A stretch of 64,000 bases of DNA from a virus: positions 32,001 to 96,000 of IMG/VR virus record IMGVR_UViG_3300036790_000419. One strand, written 5' to 3'. This document shows positions 56,729 through 62,866 of this stretch, piece after piece (within the stretch, counting starts at the first letter, position 1; every line of letters starts with the position of its first letter). A program made the position numbers and the translations under genes. The notes under the pieces were generated by a model. It was not told the DNA's origin and ran no database searches. It saw only the letters and a program-made list of their open reading frames with translations.

Positions 56729-56801
56729 GGGGCCTTAGCTCAGCTGGTAGAGCATCTGCTCGGCAGACAGAAGGTCGGGGGTTCGATCCCCCCAGGCTCC
56801 A
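56729..56801 (+). tRNA. tRNA-Ala(GGC)
   Basis: Cloverleaf; G3:U70; C33. Confidence 0.8.
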
Positions 56802-56803
56802 CA

Positions 56804-56874
56804 GCGGCGGGTTGCCGGTTCGAATCCGGTCCGGTCCACGCATGGGCTGGTAGCTCAAATGGACAGAGTGTCGC
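56804..56874 (+). ncRNA. Circularly permuted tRNA-like RNA (YrlA-type module)
   Basis: T arm, then loop-closed acceptor stem, then D arm; ends pair GCGGC/GTCGC. Confidence 0.65.
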
Positions 56875-56878
56875 ATCT

Positions 56879-56951
56879 GGGGACGTAGCTCAGCTGGTAG
56901 AGCAGCCGCCTCGCAAGCGGCGTGTCGCGGGTTCGATTCCCGCCTTCTCCA
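56879..56951 (+). tRNA. tRNA-Ala(CGC)
   Basis: Cloverleaf; G3:U70. Confidence 0.9.
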
Positions 56952-57107
56952 CTTAGGGCACTACTGCCGCGCGTCGGCCGGCGCAAGGCGAGAGAGGGCA
57001 GCTGACCTCTCTGGTGCCTTACCGTTCACCCGTGCGGTAAAACCGGGGACCAGCGGAGCCGAATGTCCGGGGCACCGGGCTGAGGGTGGGGTAAGCCTCC
57101 GCAACAT

Positions 57108-57185
57108 CGGGGTGTGGCGCAGCTTGGCTAGCGCGCTACGTTCGGGACGTAGAGGTCGTGAGTTCAAATCTCACCACTCCGACCA
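57108..57185 (+). tRNA. tRNA-Pro(CGG)
   Basis: Cloverleaf with CCA. Confidence 0.93.
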
Positions 57186-57245
57186 GGATCTCAATGGCTC
57201 AAGTGAGGCGGCAGTAAAGGGCCACGCCCTGCCGGAGATCCGTAA

Positions 57246-57317
57246 CGGGATGTAGTTCAGTGGAAGAGCGCCTGGTTTGGGACCAGGATGTCGCGGGTTC
57301 GAGCCCTGCCATCCCGA
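57246..57317 (+). tRNA. tRNA-Pro(TGG)
   Basis: Cloverleaf. Confidence 0.9.
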
Positions 57318-57466
57318 CTGCTGGTCAGAGCCGCGTGGCGTGCGGGCCCTTAGCGGGGCACTCAGGGTTCGAGTCCCTGCCTGGTCAGCCGCTCCGGTAA
57401 TAGGGACGCCAGCAGCGGACGCGCGCTGGCGGTCGGTGAAACCCCGTTGCGAATCCGGAGCACCCT

Positions 57467-57539
57467 GGGGCCTTAGCTCAGATGGCAGAGCGCCCGGTTG
57501 AAACCCGGAAGGTCGGAGTCTCGGAATCTCCAGGTCCCG
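57467..57539 (+). tRNA. tRNA-Phe(GAA), aberrant T loop
   Basis: Acceptor, D and anticodon arms present; T arm degenerate. Confidence 0.6.
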
Positions 57540-57553
57540 CGCAGTAACACAAT

Positions 57554-57626
57554 GGGGATGTGGCCGAACGGTTACAGGCACTTGCCTTCCAAGCAAGCTA
57601 CGCGGGTTCGACCCCCGTCATCCCCT
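57554..57626 (+). tRNA. tRNA-Gly(TCC)
   Basis: Cloverleaf. Confidence 0.9.
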
Positions 57627-57754
57627 CTGGTACGGGCCGGACTCATACTCCGGTTGCGTGCAAGTAACCGGTCCGCGGCTGTCGGGCTGCGGACCGGGAG
57701 CGCCTGGGCTGCCCGGAGGGGCCGACACCCTCTCCGGGGGCACCAGTACTCAAT

Positions 57755-57826
57755 GCGCCGCGAGCATGTACGGCTATGCAGCGGACTCTTAATCCACGGA
57801 ACGGGGTTCAAGTCCCTGGCGGCGCA
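57755..57826 (+). tRNA. tRNA-Lys(CTT)
   Basis: Cloverleaf; loop CTCTTAA. Confidence 0.8.
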
Positions 57827-57870
57827 CTTCACCTGGCTTCGCCGATTTTCGGCAGAGTTCGGTGTTATTC

Positions 57871-57945
57871 GGGCGAGTAGAGCAACCTGGCAGACCCTCC
57901 GCTCCCAAAAAGCGGGATGTGCGGGTTCGAATCCCGCCTCGCCCA
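57871..57945 (+). tRNA. tRNA-Leu(CAA), short variable arm
   Basis: Cloverleaf; loop CCCAAAA (C33). Confidence 0.65.
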
Positions 57946-58049
57946 CGCCGGCTGGCAAGGCCGTCCTGCGAATCCTTGCCCGGCCTCTCCTGTGGGGAGA
58001 GCAAAGGCCGTTACAGGAGGGGGAGAAAAGGCCCCTCCCGTCAATTCAG

Positions 58050-58122
58050 TGGGGTATGGCGCAATTGGCAGCGCAGGTGCGTCTGGTGCACAAGGTTCTA
58101 GGTTCGAGTCCTGGTACCCCAG
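58050..58122 (+). tRNA. tRNA-Gln(CTG)
   Basis: Cloverleaf; U1-A72. Confidence 0.88.
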
Positions 58123-58125
58123 CGA

Positions 58126-58198
58126 GCTGGAGAATGCGGGTTCGAATCCTGCCCGGCGAGAGAGATCTCGCCGGTGGCTTAATCGGCAAAGCGCCAGC
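58126..58198 (+). ncRNA. Circularly permuted tRNA-like RNA (YrlA-type module)
   Basis: GCTGG-AGAAT-T arm-9-bp acceptor closed by GAGA tetraloop-D arm-G-CCAGC. Confidence 0.75.
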
Positions 58199-58234
58199 AA
58201 CCCCGGGCACGGACGGTATCCCGGCCCGGGGCCC

Positions 58235-58308
58235 GCCCTTGTAGCTCATCTGGCAAGAGCGCCCGCCCCGTAAGCGGAAGGTCCCGCGTTCGACTCGCGG
58301 CAAGGGCT
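58235..58308 (+). tRNA. tRNA-Thr(CGT)
   Basis: Cloverleaf; C33. Confidence 0.85.
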
Positions 58309-58419
58309 CGTAGTGTCCCGCCGAAGGCGTCACAGGCCCTCATGCCGGCTCCGTTCCAGGTGCCGTGCGGGGTTCGAGTTCTGCTCGTTTCTCCCTCGAT
58401 CGCGCGTCGCGATCATTAT

Positions 58420-58493
58420 GCCCGGATAGCTCAGACGGCGAGAGCGTATCCCCGGTACGGATGAGGCCCCGAGTTCGATTCTCGGTCCGGGCT
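58420..58493 (+). tRNA. tRNA-Thr(GGT)
   Basis: Cloverleaf; C33. Confidence 0.85.
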
Positions 58494-58504
58494 CGCAAGT
58501 TCAC

Positions 58505-58578
58505 GCGGATGTAGCTCAGTTGGTTAGAGCGTGACGTTGCCAACGTCAAGGTCGCCGGTTCGAGTCCGGTTATCCGCT
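58505..58578 (+). tRNA. tRNA-Gly(GCC)
   Basis: Cloverleaf. Confidence 0.93.
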
Positions 58579-58579
58579 C

Positions 58580-58662
58580 GGGTGAGTGGCGTAATGGCAG
58601 CCGCGCACGGTTCAGGCCCGTGTGTCCGCAAGGACGTGAGGGTTCAAGTCCCTCCTCGCCTA
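58580..58662 (+). tRNA. tRNA-Leu(CAG)
   Basis: Cloverleaf with long variable arm. Confidence 0.9.
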
Positions 58663-58772
58663 CTTCGAGGTTGTCCACCGTGGCCGCGGGCCGCTGCGCC
58701 TGCCGTGCGAGAGCACGGGTTCCAGGACGGCGGTTAGTTTCCCTGCTAGCGGGAGCGAACGGTGACCTACAC

Positions 58773-58856
58773 GGACGCGTGGCTCAGTGGCTACAGCAGC
58801 GCCCTGCTAAGGCGTACAGGGGTAACCCTGCGGAGGTTCGAGTCCTCCCGCGTCCG
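58773..58856 (+). tRNA. tRNA-Ser(GCT)
   Basis: Cloverleaf with long variable arm. Confidence 0.9.
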
Positions 58857-58941
58857 CTTCTGCGCCGGATACCAGCCGAGTCCGTCAGGTGGTGACGCAG
58901 GCGCAGTGCCCGTGGGGGACGGCAACCCGCGACGGGCGCCC

Positions 58942-59029
58942 GGAAGCGTAAGTCGAGCCGGCCTACCGACAGCGGTCCCGAAAACCGTGAGGGGTAACTC
59001 CCGTGTGGGTTCGAGTCCCACCGCTTCCT
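58942..59029 (+). tRNA. tRNA-Ser(CGA)
   Basis: Long variable arm; C33. Confidence 0.8.
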
Positions 59030-59196
59030 CCGCACATGATTGAGGCGGCACCCACGGGCCGCTTGCGGGTACCGCCTCAATGTGTAATCAGCCAGGCTGG
59101 TGATCCAGTCCAGAAGGAAGGAACCACGTGCCTTTACGAGCAGCCTAGTTTACTGCTCGCGTTCGCAAGCATACGCACAGTCACAGTGATTGTCGA

Positions 59197-59273
59197 GGGC
59201 GGGTAGCTCAGCAGGTTGGAGCACTTCCCTGATAAGGAAGAGGCCGCTGGTTCGATCCCAGCCTCGCCCACCA
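59197..59273 (+). tRNA. tRNA-Ile(GAT)
   Basis: Cloverleaf with CCA. Confidence 0.92.
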
Positions 59274-59274
59274 C

Positions 59275-59349
59275 GGCGGTATAGCTCAGCCGGTGAGAGC
59301 GCCCCGCTCATAACGGGAGAGGCCGGGGGTTCGAGCCCCTCTACCGCTA
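59275..59349 (+). tRNA. tRNA-Met(CAT) elongator (or Ile2)
   Basis: Cloverleaf; loop CTCATAA. Confidence 0.85.
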
Positions 59350-59350
59350 C

Positions 59351-59424
59351 GGGCCGCTAGCTCAACTGCGCAGAGCGGCTGACCTTTAATCAGCGGGTTC
59401 GGGGTTCGAGTCCCCGGCGGCCCA
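59351..59424 (+). tRNA. tRNA-Lys(TTT)
   Basis: Cloverleaf; loop CCTTTAA (C33). Confidence 0.85.
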
Positions 59425-59432
59425 CTAGCCTG

Positions 59433-59588
59433 GTGCGCGTGAGGAACCTCGCGCTCCGGGCAGCTGAGCGCCTGCACGTCATCTTCGACGCCGTCCCGGT
59501 TTACGAGGACGAGCGGTGGTACAGGTACGGAGACTGGGGCTGCCGGGCGTCCAACTGGGTGCGCCGGCAGCGGAACAAGCGCCGGTAG
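59433..59588 (+). CDS. Small ORF inside the tRNA array
   Basis: 51-aa frame with GC3-rich codons; stop overlaps the tRNA-Arg 5' end. Confidence 0.35.
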   Translation: MRVRNLALRAAERLHVIFDAVPVYEDERWYRYGDWGCRASNWVRRQRNKRR

Positions 59589-59655
59589 CTCAGTCGGACA
59601 GAGCAGGCGGCTTCTAACCGCCAGGCCGCGGGTTCGAGCCCCGCCTGGCGCACCA
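59579..59655 (+). tRNA. tRNA-Arg(TCT)
   Basis: Cloverleaf with CCA. Confidence 0.93.
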
Positions 59656-59658
59656 CAC

Positions 59659-59731
59659 GGTCCTGTCGTCTAGCGGCCCAGGATGCCTGATTCTCGATCA
59701 GGTCGCGCGAGTTCGAATCTCGCCAGGACCA
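59659..59731 (+). tRNA. tRNA-Glu(CTC)
   Basis: Cloverleaf. Confidence 0.9.
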
Positions 59732-59825
59732 CGCAGAGCCTGCTACGCGGGAGACGGCCATTGCCAAAGCAGGTACTCTGAGGTCCGCGCCGGGAGCTGG
59801 CTGAAATCCGCTCGGCAGGACGCAA

Positions 59826-59899
59826 GCCCCTCTCGACTAGCGGTCCAGGTCGCCTGCCTTTCAAGCAGGATGACACCGGTTCGAATCCGGTGGGGGGAA
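59826..59899 (+). tRNA. tRNA-Glu(TTC)
   Basis: Cloverleaf; 1:72 mismatch. Confidence 0.8.
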
Positions 59900-59930
59900 C
59901 GAGGGCCTCCGGGGTAACCTGGGGGCGCGA

Positions 59931-60008
59931 CGCGGAGTAGGGGAGTTCGGTTGTCCCCGCGGCGCTTTCATAACGCCGAGATCGCGGGTCCGAATCCCGC
60001 CTCCGCCA
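59931..60008 (+). tRNA. Initiator-like tRNA-Met(CAT) with 9-nt anticodon loop
   Basis: CGCGGAG start with C1 mismatch; loop CTTTCATAA; T loop TCCGAAT. Confidence 0.65.
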
Positions 60009-60099
60009 CGAGGCCCGGCACTGGCGGCCGGCGAAAGCCCCGGGGAATACGTGGCTGGCCCTGCTGGATAAGGGCTAAACAGCCGGGGGCCTCAGTCGA

Positions 60100-60172
60100 T
60101 CCGGCGTAGCTCAATCGGCAGAGCAGCGTCCCGTTAAGGCGAGGGTTCCCAGTTCGAGTCTGGGCGCCGGAG
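60100..60172 (+). tRNA. tRNA-Asn(GTT)
   Basis: Cloverleaf; C33. Confidence 0.85.
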
Positions 60173-60277
60173 CGCGTCAGTCTGGGATACGAGGGGCAGC
60201 AGCCCTGCCGCGGCCCGCGCGGCGGTCGCCGAAGCGGGACGAGTGCCGGGGCTCCCCAGTCAGCCGCCGGCACACAT

Positions 60278-60353
60278 GGTCTTGTAGGGGAGCCTGGCCG
60301 TCCCCGCCGCCCCGTCAAGGCGAAGATCGCGGGTTCGAATCCCGCCAGGACCG
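60278..60353 (+). tRNA. tRNA-Asp(GTC)
   Basis: Cloverleaf; C33. Confidence 0.85.
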
Positions 60354-60377
60354 CTTTCTCACCCGGGGCCGGGGCGT

Positions 60378-60512
60378 TTAGACACCGGAGCGCTTGCGCC
60401 GCTCGCCCAGCTCGGTCCGCCCGAGCCGGTACAGGGCGCGGTAGCCGCCGAGCCTCAGCCCGATCCAGATGCCGGAGCCGAAGGCGATGACCAGGAGGAT
60501 GAAAATGCCCAC
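60378..60512 (-). CDS. 44-aa single-pass membrane protein antisense to the tRNA array
   Basis: MGIFILLVIAFGSGIWIGLRLGGYRALYRLGRTELGERRKRSGV*; operator variant at 60534-60549. Confidence 0.55.
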   Translation of the reverse strand: MGIFILLVIAFGSGIWIGLRLGGYRALYRLGRTELGERRKRSGV

Positions 60513-60554
60513 GTGATTAAACGGTACCTGGTTCTTTACCAGTGTCTAGGCACT

Positions 60555-60629
60555 GCCCCTGTAGCTCAACGGGAGAGCGCCGTCTCGACAAGGCGGAGGG
60601 AGGTGGTCCGACACCACCTAGGGGCACCA
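60555..60629 (+). tRNA. tRNA-Val(GAC)
   Basis: Cloverleaf with CCA; C33, T loop TCCGACA. Confidence 0.75.
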
Positions 60630-60630
60630 T

Positions 60631-60704
60631 GCACTAGTAGCTCAGCGGACAAGAGCAGCGGCCTACGGAGCCGCGTGGCGGGGGTTCGAGTCCCTCCTAG
60701 TGCA
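60631..60704 (+). tRNA. tRNA-Arg(ACG)
   Basis: Cloverleaf. Confidence 0.9.
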
Positions 60705-60715
60705 CGCGAGTACAA

Positions 60716-60787
60716 GGGCGCATAGCTCAGCGGAAGAGCGCTCGGTTCACACCCGAGAGGCCGGCGGTTCGATCCCTTCTGCGCCCA
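60716..60787 (+). tRNA. tRNA-Val(CAC)
   Basis: Cloverleaf. Confidence 0.9.
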
Positions 60788-60788
60788 C

Positions 60789-60863
60789 GGTCGGTATAGC
60801 TCAACGGCAGAGCGCTGGACTGTGGCTCCAGACATACGAGTTCGATTCTCGTTACCAACCCCA
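60789..60863 (+). tRNA. tRNA-His(GTG)
   Basis: G-1, C73, CCA. Confidence 0.88.
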
Positions 60864-60864
60864 T

Positions 60865-60948
60865 GGCGGAGTGACCCGAGATGGCAAGGGGGCCGGCTGT
60901 AAACCGGCTGCGCGAGCATGGCAGGTTCGAGCCCTGCGTCCGTCACCA
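60865..60948 (+). tRNA. tRNA-Tyr(GTA)
   Basis: Long variable arm, CCA. Confidence 0.9.
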
Positions 60949-60949
60949 A

Positions 60950-61023
60950 GGTCTCATAGCTCAGTGGAACAGAGCACCCGCCTCCGGAGCGGGGGGCCGG
61001 CGGTTCGAGTCCGTCTGAGACCA
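60950..61023 (+). tRNA. tRNA-Arg(CCG)
   Basis: Cloverleaf. Confidence 0.9.
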
Positions 61024-61111
61024 CGACTGAGTTCACCGCCGTGACCTGGCAGCGGGTAGCGGTGGGCCAGTAAAGCGGGGCGTGCTGCCGGCTACGCCTG
61101 CCCCGTCCAAT

Positions 61112-61187
61112 GGCGGTATGGCCGAGTGGTACAGGCGCACGCCTGCAAAACGTGCTTACCCGGGTCCGATTCCCGGTGCCGCCTCCA
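61112..61187 (+). tRNA. tRNA-Cys(GCA)
   Basis: U73, CCA; T loop TCCGATT; C31:A39. Confidence 0.82.
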
Positions 61188-61188
61188 G

Positions 61189-61261
61189 GACCCTGTAGCT
61201 CAGCGGACAGAGCTGCTTCCCCCTAAGGAGCGAGTCGCTGGTTCGAGTCCAGCCAGGGCCG
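61189..61261 (+). tRNA. tRNA-Arg(CCT)
   Basis: Cloverleaf; C33. Confidence 0.82.
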
Positions 61262-61394
61262 CCTTCGGTGCTCACGCTGTGGCAGCCTGGAGACGGGAGA
61301 CCGGGTACGGGCTCGGCTTCGCGGGTCTGAGATCGTTTCCGGTCTCCCGTCACACCAGGGTACATGCACATCACTGCGTTACGCTGGCCCTATT

Positions 61395-61431
61395 ACTCCC
61401 TGTTGTCCTCTTGAGGCTGACAGGGGTTTTT
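61395..61431 (+). terminator. Intrinsic terminator after the tRNA array
   Basis: CCCTGT...ACAGGG hairpin followed by T run. Confidence 0.6.
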
Positions 61432-61542
61432 GCGTTCCGGTCACGTTTTGAGGGAAACAGTTCCGCCGGCCGGCGGGGTGCGACATAGTGGACTGTTTCC
61501 CCGTGACAAGCACAGGGGGCCTATGAGTGAGGGGTTTTACCT

Positions 61543-62478
61543 ATGAAGCTCAGCAGGCGGCTTGCTGCCGTCATTGCGGTACCTGCCCTGGCGCTGGGGA
61601 CCGGGCTGGCCGCGGCCGGCACCGCGCACGCCGCGCCAGGTGTCACCCAGCCCGCTGTGACCGACACCTGGGGTTTCGCCGGCGACGAGGCCGCGGCTAA
61701 CTCCGGGACCAATTTCACCCACTTCTCCGCCCTGGTCGGCGCGGGCACGCAGTACAGCGCGGCCAACCCGGCGCTGCCGTCTGTCGGCAGCGTGCTGAAC
61801 GGCGCGGGCTCCGCCTGGCACCCGGTACCGCTGAGCGGCTCGCTGGGCAGGGCGCTGGCCTCGGTTGAGGCTGCGGGCCTGCAGTTCGGCGCGCACGGCA
61901 GCGAGACCGCCTCGCTGGGCGTGCTGCGGGCTGGCAGCCGCAATGACGTGGTGGCCGTCATCACCGGCCACGGCAGCCTTTCCTACGCGGTGCTGGCCTC
62001 CTACCCGGTGGCGGACACCGTCGGCCTGGACCTGCTGCACGACGGCAGATCGGCCTACACGTTCCGTGGCCGGCACATCCAGGCTGGCGCGGTGGCGTTC
62101 AGCACCGAGGACGTCCGCGCCGGCATCAGCTCGGTGAAGACGATCGACAGCTCGCACGTCAGCGGCGGCGTCATCAGCGGCGGCTTCCACACCGCCCTGG
62201 GCGGCATCCTGTCCGGTGCCCGCGCGGCGCAGGGCGGCGTCAGCGCGTTCGCCTCTGACCCGGTGCCCGACACCGCCGGCGGCATCGTGGTCCGGCTGGC
62301 GCACCTGCACCTGGACGCCAACGCCACCGCGGGCGAGACCTTCTCCGAGGGCTTCCAGTCCGGCGCGGCCTGGGCGGTCATCCCGTACGCGGCCTCGGTG
62401 AGCAACCGCACCGTCGCGGAGTCCACCGTCTTCGCCTCCGACCACATCTCGGTCGCGGAGCTGAGCACGCAGCACTAG
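61543..62478 (+). CDS. Secreted protein with signal peptide
   Basis: MKLSRRLAAVIAVPALALGTGLAAAGTAHA/A signal peptide; GC hairpin at 62496-62529 after stop. Confidence 0.7.
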   Translation: MKLSRRLAAVIAVPALALGTGLAAAGTAHAAPGVTQPAVTDTWGFAGDEAAANSGTNFTHFSALVGAGTQYSAANPALPSVGSVLNGAGSAWHPVPLSGSLGRALASVEAAGLQFGAHGSETASLGVLRAGSRNDVVAVITGHGSLSYAVLASYPVADTVGLDLLHDGRSAYTFRGRHIQAGAVAFSTEDVRAGISSVKTIDSSHVSGGVISGGFHTALGGILSGARAAQGGVSAFASDPVPDTAGGIVVRLAHLHLDANATAGETFSEGFQSGAAWAVIPYAASVSNRTVAESTVFASDHISVAELSTQH

Positions 62479-62550
62479 CCAGCCCTGTCTCACGCGGGCA
62501 GCCCCGGGCGACGTCGCCCGGGGCTGCCTGTGCTTCCCGATTAACCGGGC

Positions 62551-62850
62551 ATGCACCTCACGGGAATGTGGCACGAGTTCATGGCCGCCGCCGGCAATGC
62601 CCCGGGCGCGCAGAAGGGTGACGTCATCGTCACCCTGATGGACCCGGTCGGCGGGGTCGGCGAGGTCACGGTCCCCAGCAGTGACGTGACCATCGCGGCC
62701 GAGGCCGGCAACCTGATCGGCGTGCAGCTCAAGATGCCGGACGGGCGCCGCCTGTTCGTGTCCGCAGCCAACCTGGCCGGCATGATCGACGCGCCGCGCG
62801 AGGAGGCCCGGGAGGACAAGCCGGCCCGGGCGCGGCAGCCTGGCAGGTAG
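62551..62850 (+). CDS. Hypothetical protein
   Basis: ATG 13 nt after the CGAT of a CCGATTA box. Confidence 0.6.
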   Translation: MHLTGMWHEFMAAAGNAPGAQKGDVIVTLMDPVGGVGEVTVPSSDVTIAAEAGNLIGVQLKMPDGRRLFVSAANLAGMIDAPREEAREDKPARARQPGR

Positions 62851-62866
62851 CCCCGATTAAGGGGGC

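Noticed and set aside
56804-56874. Two-piece permuted tmRNA
   Set aside because: The 5' piece runs straight into the next tRNA with no room for a tag ORF; it has a real D arm
58340-58400. T-arm-like GGGGTTCGAGTTCT remnant
   Set aside because: No matching acceptor or D arm could be assembled
59104-59159. Short frame ending ..VPLRAA-stop inside a hairpin, resembling a tmRNA tag
   Set aside because: No flanking tRNA-like domain and no Ala resume codon context; an in-frame stop lies just upstream
56172-61488. ORF-track proteins across the RNA island
   Set aside because: Most overlap tRNA genes or structured RNA and lack coding bias
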